Shown: positions 10,436 through 18,648, counted from the stretch's first letter. The stretch: DNA of 55,535 nt from Deltaproteobacteria bacterium (GCA_019313245.1 JAFDBP010000234.1:1-55535); one strand, 5' to 3'. The notes: a model not told the origin generated them from the sequence alone. A program made the numbers and translations.

Positions 10436-10947
10436 CTCTTCACGAAATAGATGATGTTCAGACCGAACATGAAGCTTCGGGTGTCGACCACGCGCAGATC
10501 GGCAGCCGCCAGGCACGCGCACAGTTCCGCCTCATCGAAAGCGGGTCTCGGCGTGATGTCTCTCTCCCGGAATCGATGCCACAGCCGGGACACATTCTTG
10601 TTCAGGAAGGTGATGAGAAGCGTGCCGTCGCGTTTCAACGAGCGCCGCACTTCGCGCAACACGGATACCGGGTCGTCGAAGTAGTTCAGGGCGGCCAGGA
10701 TCGTCACGGTGTCGAACTCGTCATCGCGAAACGGCAGCTGGGTGAAGTCACGGCAGACGACGTCGACGTTCTGATATTCTACGATGTCCACGCCGACACC
10801 CGATCCGAATGCCCTGACGACGCGATTGTCACCGCAAGCCAGATCCATCAGCCGGCCCGAAACGTGCGGGAGAACGGCTCGCGTGCGCCACGCGCTCAGG
10901 GTCCGACCCACCACGTCGGATCGACGGTAGAGTTTTCGCGCCCCCAC
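10432..10947 (-). CDS. class I SAM-dependent methyltransferase
   Basis: GTG start at 10947. LMDLACGDN (motif I), DTVTILAALNYFDDP and LKRDGTLLITF indicate a Methyltransf_11-like enzyme. Confidence 0.8.
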   Translation of the reverse strand: MGARKLYRRSDVVGRTLSAWRTRAVLPHVSGRLMDLACGDNRVVRAFGSGVGVDIVEYQNVDVVCRDFTQLPFRDDEFDTVTILAALNYFDDPVSVLREVRRSLKRDGTLLITFLNKNVSRLWHRFRERDITPRPAFDEAELCACLAAADLRVVDTRSFMFGLNIIYFVKR

Positions 10948-11043
10948 GACAGATCAATAACACGGGAAGCGATGGAAATCCCCACAGCCGGATCGCGTCA
11001 GCTCGTCGAAGTCGAGGCGCCGCGGCGAGCCGCAGCGTCCGAG

Positions 11044-12372
11044 TCATCCGGTCGCAATCCTGGATCGCCCCATCAGCCAGAGCGCTGATCCCACCAGGGC
11101 CGCGCACAGCACCAGGAGGCCCGCCCTCGGCATCGTGGGGACGGCGTCGACCTGGCAACTCTCCCAATCCCCGCCGATCTGTTTGCTGTCGAGGAAGTTG
11201 CTGAGCGTGGAATTGCCCGTGTACAGGGCGTTGTTGCAGAAGTTGCTCCGGTTGTTGATCAAGGTGGTGAGGCTCAACATCTCGGCGGGAATGGGACCCG
11301 AAAGCGCGTTGTCGTTGAGGTAGGTGTAGAGCAGAGAATCCAGGTTCCCAATTTGTCGGGGGATCACACCCGACAACTGATTTCCGTTGAGGAGCAGTCG
11401 TTGGAGATTCGGCAGGTATCCCAACTCGGGCGGGATGCTGCCGGTCAACTGGTTGTCGTTCAGGTAGAGGAACTGGAGGGTGTCCAGATCTCCCAATTCC
11501 GGCGGGATGCTGCCGGTCAACTGATTGGCGTAGAGGAAGAGATCCTCGATGCTCAGCAGATTTCTCAACTCCGGAGGGATCGCGCCGGTCAACAGATTGC
11601 CGTTGAGGTAGAGCGTTCTGGCGCTGACGAGGTTTTCGAGCTCCGGCGGGATGGCGCCAGACAACTGGTTGTCGAACAGAAAGAGTGAATCGAGGGTGGA
11701 GAGGTACCCCAGTTCCAGCGGGATGCTGCCGGACAGGCTGTTGCCGTCGAGCCAGAGCACGACCAGGTTCGGGAAGCCTCCGAGCTCGGGAGGGATGCTG
11801 CCCGTCAATCCGTTGTTGTAGAGCGATAGATCGAGAAGCGTGGAGAGGGTGCCGAGTTCCGGCGGGATGCTGCCGGTCAGATCGTTGTCGTTGAGCCACA
11901 GATTTTCCAGGCTCGCCAGGTATTGCAGATCCGCCGGGATGCTCCCCGTCAGAAGGTTGTGTTCGAGCGAAAGATCGAGAAGGTTGGAGAGGTTGCCGAG
12001 TGCCGGCGGGATGCTGCCCGTCAACTGGTTGTTGTTCAGGTAAAGGTAGATGAGACCGCCGAGGTCTCCCAATGCCGCCGGGAGGCTTCCGGTCAGGTTG
12101 TTGTTCTCCAGTTCGAGCGCGTCGACCGTCGTCTCGCCGACATCGCACCACACGCCGTACCAGTTGCACTCTTCGCCGGGCAGGGCGAAACCATCTGCGG
12201 CGAGAGGAGGCGTTTGCCATCCGCTCTTGTTCGACCAGGTTTCTCCGTTGGTGTCGGTGTAGAGAGCGATCAGGGCCGCTCTCTCCGTCGCTGGAATGAT
12301 CGCGTGGGCTGTCGTGAGTCCGCCAGCCAACAGGTACGTCACGACGAGTACGAGGCCACCTCTCTTGATCAT
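11044..12372 (-). CDS. secreted/anchored leucine-rich repeat protein, plant-specific (24-residue) LRR class
   Basis: ATG at 12372 is preceded by GGAG. The track start at 12384 is a GTG. Signal peptide, then a cap ERAALIALY..W..CNWYGVWCD, then 12 repeats of LxLxxNxLTGSIPxELGxLxxLxx, then a C-terminal hydrophobic helix plus GRSR. Confidence 0.9.
   Translation of the reverse strand: MIKRGGLVLVVTYLLAGGLTTAHAIIPATERAALIALYTDTNGETWSNKSGWQTPPLAADGFALPGEECNWYGVWCDVGETTVDALELENNNLTGSLPAALGDLGGLIYLYLNNNQLTGSIPPALGNLSNLLDLSLEHNLLTGSIPADLQYLASLENLWLNDNDLTGSIPPELGTLSTLLDLSLYNNGLTGSIPPELGGFPNLVVLWLDGNSLSGSIPLELGYLSTLDSLFLFDNQLSGAIPPELENLVSARTLYLNGNLLTGAIPPELRNLLSIEDLFLYANQLTGSIPPELGDLDTLQFLYLNDNQLTGSIPPELGYLPNLQRLLLNGNQLSGVIPRQIGNLDSLLYTYLNDNALSGPIPAEMLSLTTLINNRSNFCNNALYTGNSTLSNFLDSKQIGGDWESCQVDAVPTMPRAGLLVLCAALVGSALWLMGRSRIATG
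11254..12117 (-). repeat. 12 tandem 72-nt coding repeats (the LRR array)
   Basis: Counted directly from the translation: residues 86-373 form 12 x 24 aa with no insertions or deletions. Confidence 0.9.
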
Positions 12373-12826
12373 TTCTGACTCCACTTCACTTTTCGACCGA
12401 ACAGACTGCCGCCTTCAGCTCCGGTAATATGCGTAGTGTTGGTTTTTGCCGATATCACATCTCCCGATACGTTCGAGTGTCCTCGACTTCGCTCGCACAA
12501 TCAAGATGGTGCGGCCGCACTGCCCCCGTGACCGAGGCATATTGTCTCATTGCGCGCGATAGATGGCGTTATGCCTCACGCGCTGCCGCTGAATTGCCGG
12601 ATGCCGTTTCGTTTGCGCCTGCGGGTTCGACCGCAAAGTGTCTGCGGTCGGATCCGGGCGACTCGCGGATCCCAAAATGACCTTCCAGTCAGCCTTCGCG
12701 ATCTCATTCGACATCTTCCCGAACGCGTGTTATCGATCGCTGCGAGAGTGCCAGTGGTTTCGTCATCTGCGATTTCGCATCTCGCGGACGGGGATGGCCG
12801 CCGGAATGGAGAGAGCGGAGGCCGAT

Positions 12827-13612
12827 ATGCGTGGGACGAATAGAGCGATTCTATGGATGCTTCTGGTCGCGACGGCGTTGCTATCGGGGGCTTGTTCTGA
12901 ATCGGAATCTCCCGAGGCGGAAGCTCCGGCTGTCGTTCCGGCGGTCGTCGAAGCCGCAGCAAACGCGGGACAACTCATCGCCGGTGAGATCGTCGAGACG
13001 ATGGATTCAGCGGGATACACCTACGTTCTCGTGGATACCGGAGATCGGCAGGTCTGGGCCGCGGGCCCCCAGACCGTCGTGAAGGTGGGTGAGAGCGTCA
13101 TCTTGACCAACGGAATGCCCATGAGGGACTTCCAGAGCCAGACGCTCGGCAGGACCTTCGACGTCGTCTATTTCGTCGGGAGCATCAAAGGCGATTCCGA
13201 TGCGGCTCCGGCAGCGGGAGGATCCGCCAACCTGCAGGCGGCTCCCGGACACGGCACGACTCCCGTGAAAGCAGCTCCGCAAATTGCGGTCGACCTGAGC
13301 GGCATCGAGAGGGCTTCGGGAGGCAAGACGATTGCCGAGCTGTTCGCCGAATCGGCAGAGCTGGCCGAGCGGGAGGTTTCGGTGAGGGGGCGGGTCGTAA
13401 AATTCAACGCCGGCATCATGGGCCGGAATTGGATGCACATTCGGGACGGATCCGGGGCCGAGGGCTCCAACGATCTGACGGTTACGACCGCGGACACCGC
13501 ACAGCTGGGCGACCTGGTCGTGATTCGGGGCACGTTGAGAACGAATCAGAACTTCGGTCACGGCTACTCGTACGATCTTCTGGTCGAGCAGGCCGCAGTC
13601 GACGTCGAGTAG
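12827..13612 (+). CDS. lipoprotein of unknown function, two OB-fold-like halves
   Basis: ATG at 12827 follows GGAGG. MRGTNRAILWMLLVATALLSGAC carries a lipobox. GEIVETMDSAGYTYVLVD and VSVRGRVVKFNAGIMGRNWMHIRDGSG blocks are present. Confidence 0.7.
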   Translation: MRGTNRAILWMLLVATALLSGACSESESPEAEAPAVVPAVVEAAANAGQLIAGEIVETMDSAGYTYVLVDTGDRQVWAAGPQTVVKVGESVILTNGMPMRDFQSQTLGRTFDVVYFVGSIKGDSDAAPAAGGSANLQAAPGHGTTPVKAAPQIAVDLSGIERASGGKTIAELFAESAELAEREVSVRGRVVKFNAGIMGRNWMHIRDGSGAEGSNDLTVTTADTAQLGDLVVIRGTLRTNQNFGHGYSYDLLVEQAAVDVE

Positions 13613-13641
13613 GTGATCGATTCGAAACCACTTCGGGCCCG

Positions 13642-15837
13642 ATGCCTTTCCCGGCGCCCGAGAGCCCTCGGTCGGCGAAGCGAATGACTCGCGCATTCTG
13701 GCAAGGCGTGCTCACGTCGCTGCTTGCGCTCGTTGTGTTCTTCGGCTTTCTCGAGGGAGTGCTGACACTCGCCGGCGTCGAGCCGGTGCTGCGAAGCGAG
13801 GATCCCTTCGTCGGCTTCGTCTCGGGCATTCCGCTCTTCGTCGAGCAGACCGACGCCGACGGCCGGCAGATCCTGACGATGCCCGAGAACAAGCTCACCT
13901 TCTTCAACCGCCAGAGTTTTCCGCGAGAGAAGGCGCCGGGCAGCTACCGCATCTTCTGTCTCGGGGGCTCGACGACCTACGGCCGCCCCTACAGCGACAC
14001 GACCTCGTTTGCCGGCTGGCTGCGCGAACTGCTGCCCGCGGCCGATCCCGATCGGCCCTGGGAGGTGATCAACGCGGGCGGCATCAGCTACGCGAGCTAC
14101 CGCGTGGCCCACCTGATGGAGGAACTGGTTCGCTACGAGCCGGATCTTTTCGTCATCTACACGGGCCACAACGAGTTCCTAGAAGAGCGAACCTACGGGG
14201 CGATGCGCGATCTTCCCGTCGCGGTTCGTTCGACCGCGGCGCTGCTCGCCCACACGCGAACCTGGGCAGCGTTGAAAATGCTGTTGAATTCCGTCGGCGC
14301 GTCGCCGAGCGCGGAAGCGGGCGGCAACGCCCGGTTGCCGGCCGAAGTCAACACGATGCTGGACCGTTCCGCGGGCCCCGAACGCTATGCGCGAGACGAC
14401 ACCCTGCGCGATCAGATCTTGCACCACTACCGGATCAGCCTCGAGCGAATGGTCGACATCGCCGAGCGCGCGGAGGCGGACGTCATCTTCGTCGTGCCGG
14501 CCTCGAACCTGAAGGACAGCGCGCCGTTCAAGAGCCAGCACACCGATGGTCTCGGCGAGGCGGATCGCCTGCGCTCGGAGGCGTTGCTCGCGGAGGCGCG
14601 GCGGCAAATCGAGAACGCGGCGTGGTCCGAGGCGCTCGAGGGGCTCGACGCGGCGCTCTCGCTCGACCCGCGCTTCGCGGGACTCCACTACCTACGCGGA
14701 AAGGTGTTGCTCGCGCTCGACAGACGCGATGAAGCGGCTGCGGCTTTTCGACGCGCTCGAGACGAGGACGTCTGTCCCCTCCGGGCACTGTCGCCGATGC
14801 GCGAGACGGTTGTCGAAGTGGCTCGCGCGAAGGGCGTGACGTGGGTCGACTTCGCGGATTTCGTCGAGCGGCGCGCACTCGCCGAGCGCGGATTGGCGAT
14901 CCCCGGCCGGGAGTATTTCCTGGACCACGTGCATCCGACGATCGAGGGCAACCGGCTGCTCGCAGTCGAGCTGGTCGAGGCGATGATCGCGCAGGGAATT
15001 GTGCGGCCCTCCAGCAGCTGGGGCGACGAGGCGATCGCCCGCGTCGTCTCGCGGGTCGAAGGGAGCATCGACCGCAAGACGCACGCGCAGGCGCTCGCGA
15101 ACCTCGCCCGGGTGCTCTCGTGGGCGGGCAAAGACGAGGATGCCCGGCGCCTCGCCAATCGGGCGGTCGAGCAGGTTCCAGAGATTGCGACGGCCAACGC
15201 CGACATTCTCGCGATTCTGTCCGAGCGCGAGGGCGACAAGGCCGAGACCTGGCGCCAGCTGCGGGCGGCGCTGCACGAAAACCCCGCCAACCCGCAGATC
15301 CACTTCCAGATCGGCCTCGAACTGCTCGACAAGAGCCAGCCGAATTGGAGCCTCGAGGCCGCGTCGGCGCACGTCCTGCTCGCCAGCGCATTCATGCCCG
15401 AAAACGACATGACGCATCAGATCCTGGGGCTCATCATGGCCGAGCGCGGGCGCTTCTCGATCGCCTACTCGAGCCTGCTGGAGGCGCTGCGCCTGAATCC
15501 GCGCAACGCCAAAGCGGAGTCGGCGCTCGCCCGCCTGCGCGAGATCCTGGGTTCGGAATTGCCGGACGCACCGCCGAAGGTGACACTGAAGCGTTACGCG
15601 TCGGGCGCTCCGGAACAGATCGTGCAGGTGAGAACGGATGCCGCCGGTGGCATCGTTCCCGACGGCATCGCGACGGACTGGTACGAAACCGGCGAGCCGC
15701 GCCGTCTGCTCGATTACGCCAACGGGGTGCCGCACGGCGCCGAGGTGACCTGGGATCCCAGCGGGCGCGTCCTCTCGCGAGCCGAGTATCGGCACGGCAC
15801 CCGGCTGCCGGCCGGCGAGCGGGACGGCGGCGGCTGA
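13642..15837 (+). CDS. membrane-anchored SGNH/GDSL-like hydrolase with TPR region and C-terminal MORN-variant repeats
   Basis: Start at 13642, or alternatively 13684. N-terminal TM helix. YRIFCLGGSTTYG (GDS-type block I) and YTGHNEF. TPR-like helices (LDAALSLDPRFAGLHYLRGKVLL). C-terminal DWYETGEPRRLLDYANGVPHGAEVTWDPSG. Confidence 0.75.
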   Translation: MPFPAPESPRSAKRMTRAFWQGVLTSLLALVVFFGFLEGVLTLAGVEPVLRSEDPFVGFVSGIPLFVEQTDADGRQILTMPENKLTFFNRQSFPREKAPGSYRIFCLGGSTTYGRPYSDTTSFAGWLRELLPAADPDRPWEVINAGGISYASYRVAHLMEELVRYEPDLFVIYTGHNEFLEERTYGAMRDLPVAVRSTAALLAHTRTWAALKMLLNSVGASPSAEAGGNARLPAEVNTMLDRSAGPERYARDDTLRDQILHHYRISLERMVDIAERAEADVIFVVPASNLKDSAPFKSQHTDGLGEADRLRSEALLAEARRQIENAAWSEALEGLDAALSLDPRFAGLHYLRGKVLLALDRRDEAAAAFRRARDEDVCPLRALSPMRETVVEVARAKGVTWVDFADFVERRALAERGLAIPGREYFLDHVHPTIEGNRLLAVELVEAMIAQGIVRPSSSWGDEAIARVVSRVEGSIDRKTHAQALANLARVLSWAGKDEDARRLANRAVEQVPEIATANADILAILSEREGDKAETWRQLRAALHENPANPQIHFQIGLELLDKSQPNWSLEAASAHVLLASAFMPENDMTHQILGLIMAERGRFSIAYSSLLEALRLNPRNAKAESALARLREILGSELPDAPPKVTLKRYASGAPEQIVQVRTDAAGGIVPDGIATDWYETGEPRRLLDYANGVPHGAEVTWDPSGRVLSRAEYRHGTRLPAGERDGGG

Positions 15838-16034
15838 GCCACCGCGCGAGGGCGTGGGTAGCTCGGTGCGCGCCAGAACGCCCTCGTTCTCGCGGGCTTG
15901 CGCGCTCTGAACCGAACTCGAACGAGTGCCCCCGGCCGCAATCCACGGGCTCTCGGATGGCTTCGGGCGGGCGCAAATTCGCCCAGGTCGGCTTCCTGAA
16001 ATAGGCGAAAATCGAGCGAAAACAGCGCCAAAAA

Positions 16035-16070
16035 GGTGATATCACCACCGCCAGCGTGGTGATATCACCA
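16035..16070. promoter_or_regulatory. twin palindromes GGTGATATCACC (16035-16046 and 16058-16069), candidate enhancer-binding-protein UAS
   Basis: Two perfect 12-bp palindromes, 23 bp centre to centre. The second extends to the 14-bp TGGTGATATCACCA. They lie about 90-115 bp upstream of the sigma-54 -24 element, with A/T tracts (about 16099-16143) in between. Confidence 0.6.
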
Positions 16071-16151
16071 GATTTCCGTGGGCGCACTTCCGAGGGCCCA
16101 AAAATGCTTCGTAACTAGCTGTTTTTGCGAGCACTTTTTTTGATGCCAGGT

Positions 16152-16167
16152 TGGCACATCGGTTGCA
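16152..16167 (+). promoter_or_regulatory. sigma-54 (RpoN) promoter, TGGCAC-N5-TTGCA
   Basis: TGGCACatcggTTGCA is an exact match to the -24/-12 consensus TGGCAC-N5-TTGCW. It ends 15 nt before the ATG at 16183. Confidence 0.75.
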
Positions 16168-16182
16168 CTTAAAGCGGCCGAG

Positions 16183-17364
16183 ATGATGAGGGAACCCCGG
16201 ATAACTTCACTGCTGGCGCTCTGGATCGCGCTGCTCGTGAGCCCGGCGTTCGCCGGCACGACGGCTTCGTTCCAGTATCCGCTCGCCAGCTTTTCGGGAC
16301 CGGTGGAATCCCTCTGGGCCCGGCTCGCGGTCGACCCCGAGCGAAACGAGATCTACACGCTGCGCCAGCGCAACAACGACATCCGGATCTATGACGAGCA
16401 CGGCATGGAGATCTTCGTGTTCGGCGAAGGCGTCGGCAGTGCCACCGACATCACGGTCGGCAACGGCGGCGACCTCTTCCTGCTCACCAGGGGATATCAG
16501 ACCGCGACCGTTCAGTTGCTGAACTACCGCGGTGAGCACGTCGCCGACATTCCGCTCAAAAACGTCCCGAGGGATTTTGCGGGAATCGTGCCCGACCGCA
16601 TCCAACACCAAAACGGTCTGCTCTATCTGGTCGATTCGAATGAGATGAAGGTGATCGTGGTCGACGAAGCGGGCCGCTTCGAGAAGGGCTACGACCTGGG
16701 CCGCGCGATCAAGCCCTTCATCCCCCGCGAAAAGGCGAGGCGAGAGCTGTCTGCGACCGACTGGCGCGCGCTTCAGCTCAACAACATCGACCTCAACGGC
16801 TTCACCGTCGACGCGCAGGGGAATCTGTTCTTCACCGTCCCGGTCCTGTTCCGAGCCTTCAAGCTATCGACTCACGGCGAGTTGACGGATTTCGGCAAGG
16901 CCGGCAGCGGACTCGGGAAGTTCGGTGTCATCGCGGGCATTGCCACCGACGAGTTCGGTTACGTCTACGTATCGGATCGGTTGCGGAGCGTGATCCTGGT
17001 CTTCAATAGCGACCTGGTATTTCAAACGGAGTTCGGTTACCGCGGCAACCTCCCGTCGAATTTGATCGTGCCAGACGATCTGGCAATTGATGGTAATGGC
17101 AATCTCTATGTTGGTCAGGCTGCATACAGAGGAGTGAGTGTATTCAAGGTAGTGCACCGAGACACAAGTTTTTCACGAGTGATTGAAGCAACACCAATCA
17201 ATGAAGTTGAAACATCCGACCGGAATATCGAAGAAGTAGAAGTAAGTCATCCGGAGTTCGCCGTCGATCTCGGAAGCGATGAAGCGTCGACGGATTCCGG
17301 GGATTCCAGTCGGAATACTGAGGCAGTTGGATCGCCTAACAATGAGGAAGGACAAAATGAGTAA
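16183..17364 (+). CDS. secreted NHL-repeat six-bladed beta-propeller protein with acidic C-terminal tail
   Basis: Signal peptide MMREPRITSLLALWIALLVSPAFAG. Repeated NHL-like blades (..LYLVDSNEMKVIVVD.., ..GYVYVSDRLRSVILVFN.., ..GNLYVGQAAYRGVSVFKV). The last 60 aa are D/E/S rich. Confidence 0.85.
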   Translation: MMREPRITSLLALWIALLVSPAFAGTTASFQYPLASFSGPVESLWARLAVDPERNEIYTLRQRNNDIRIYDEHGMEIFVFGEGVGSATDITVGNGGDLFLLTRGYQTATVQLLNYRGEHVADIPLKNVPRDFAGIVPDRIQHQNGLLYLVDSNEMKVIVVDEAGRFEKGYDLGRAIKPFIPREKARRELSATDWRALQLNNIDLNGFTVDAQGNLFFTVPVLFRAFKLSTHGELTDFGKAGSGLGKFGVIAGIATDEFGYVYVSDRLRSVILVFNSDLVFQTEFGYRGNLPSNLIVPDDLAIDGNGNLYVGQAAYRGVSVFKVVHRDTSFSRVIEATPINEVETSDRNIEEVEVSHPEFAVDLGSDEASTDSGDSSRNTEAVGSPNNEEGQNE

Positions 17365-18556
17365 AATCAATTGGGTAATGGTGCCGGGAATTGCTGCGCT
17401 GGCCGCGATTCTGACTCTCGGTCTTGCCGGCCCGGCAATGGCTCTGCACGCTGGCGGTGTCGCACACTGCGACGCGTGTCACAGCATGCACAACTCTCCC
17501 GACAATCCGGTTTCGGGAACCCCCAACAGTCTGCTGCTGAAGGGAACGGACGCCAGCTCGACCTGCCTGAACTGCCATGAGGGCACGGGCAGCTATGACG
17601 TCTACAGCAGCAACGGAGCCAACTTCTCGCCGGGTGGTGACTTCTTCTGGCTGGATGCGAACTATTCGAACATCGTTCGAGGCAACGCAGTTCCCTCCGA
17701 TCCGGATCAGTTCGGTCACAACGTGATCGCGGTCGACTTCGGTCTGGCGATCGACGGCAACAACGCTTCGGCTCCGGGCGGAACCTATCCCTCCGGCCTG
17801 CTGAGCTGCGCCAGCTGCCACGACCCGCACGGTCAGGTGAACGGCGGTACGGCCAATGGCATGGATCCGATCTCGGTATCGGGCTCCTACGGCGGAACCC
17901 CCGCCCCCGGCACGATCGCGGGCAACTATCGCCTGCTGGGCGACAACGGCTACGGCCTCGCGCCGGCCCCGATCGCCGTGACCGCTGGCTTCGGCGAGCT
18001 GGACGGTTCGATCGTCACCACGCCTGCTGACCCCAACGACCCGAACAGCGTTGACGAGTACGCGGTCAGCCATCCCGCATACGGACAGGGCATGTCCGAG
18101 TGGTGCGCGTCCTGCCACGGGAATTACATCAACGACAACCACAAGCATCCGGCAGGCAACGGCGAGTTCCTGAACGGTCAAGCCACCAACTACAACCAGT
18201 ATGTAGCCACGGGTGACTTCACCGGTTCCAGCGCCGATTCGTACGATGCACTGGTTCCCTTCGAGCTTCAGGAGACCGACAAGGCCACGCTGTTGGCTAG
18301 GGTCACCTCGCTGGAAGGCCCGAACACCAACAGCAACGTCATGTGCTTGACCTGCCACCGAGCGCATGCGTCGGCGTTCACCAACATCACCCGATGGAAC
18401 GTCGAGGACGAGCTGCTCGAGGACGGCTATCCGTCTGATGCGAACATGGTGACCATCGGTGCGGTGGCCCACGCTGACTACTACGGCCGTGACATTGCAA
18501 CGGACTACGGCACGTATCAGCGCTCCCTCTGCAACAAGTGCCACGTGAAGGACTGA
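17357..18556 (+). CDS. omcS: OmcS-family hexaheme c-type cytochrome (putative nanowire subunit)
   Basis: ATG at 17357 follows AGGAAGG and overlaps the NHL gene by 8 nt. Signal peptide ends ..GPAMA. Six CxxCH motifs (CDACH, CLNCH, CASCH, CASCH, CLTCH, CNKCH). The blocks LHAGGVAHCDACHSMHNS, YGQGMSEWCASCHG, HPAGNG, CLTCHRAHAS and YQRSLCNKCHVKD match my recollection of G. sulfurreducens OmcS. Confidence 0.9.
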   Translation: MSKINWVMVPGIAALAAILTLGLAGPAMALHAGGVAHCDACHSMHNSPDNPVSGTPNSLLLKGTDASSTCLNCHEGTGSYDVYSSNGANFSPGGDFFWLDANYSNIVRGNAVPSDPDQFGHNVIAVDFGLAIDGNNASAPGGTYPSGLLSCASCHDPHGQVNGGTANGMDPISVSGSYGGTPAPGTIAGNYRLLGDNGYGLAPAPIAVTAGFGELDGSIVTTPADPNDPNSVDEYAVSHPAYGQGMSEWCASCHGNYINDNHKHPAGNGEFLNGQATNYNQYVATGDFTGSSADSYDALVPFELQETDKATLLARVTSLEGPNTNSNVMCLTCHRAHASAFTNITRWNVEDELLEDGYPSDANMVTIGAVAHADYYGRDIATDYGTYQRSLCNKCHVKD

Positions 18557-18610
18557 GGCTATTTGTTGAGAGTGGTATGAAACAGCCGATTGAATCGGCG
18601 TAAGGAGAAG

Positions 18611-18648
18611 GGCTGGTGGTACATTCGTACCGCCAGCCTTTTTTCGCT
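18611..18648 (+). terminator. Rho-independent terminator downstream of omcS
   Basis: GGCTGGTGGTAC-attc-GTACCGCCAGCC forms a 12-bp stem with one G-U pair, followed by TTTTTTcgcTTTT. Confidence 0.75.

Noticed and set aside
11047-11145. The C-terminus of the LRR protein (VPTMPRAGLLVLCAALVGSALWLMGRSR) read as a PEP-CTERM sorting signal.
   Set aside because: The PEP tripeptide is absent (PTMP instead) and no exosortase is in the window. It is treated simply as a C-terminal membrane anchor until checked.
11254-12117. A regular 72-nt DNA periodicity that could suggest a CRISPR or satellite array.
   Set aside because: The repeats are contiguous with no spacers, in frame, and encode the LRR consensus. 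There are no cas genes. The array is coding.
10829-12220. A 463-aa minus-strand ORF with a repetitive 'QHPAG' pattern.
   Set aside because: It is an alternative frame of the 72-nt LRR repeats. The LRR frame has a signal peptide, a cap and a canonical consensus, so the periodicity here is only an echo of it.
12451-12458. Half-sites of the GGTGATATCACC palindrome (GATATCAC at 12451 and GTGATATC at 42411), both in intergenic DNA.
   Set aside because: An 8-mer is expected by chance about once in a window of this size, and neither site forms a full palindrome. These are worth revisiting only if the regulator's motif is determined.
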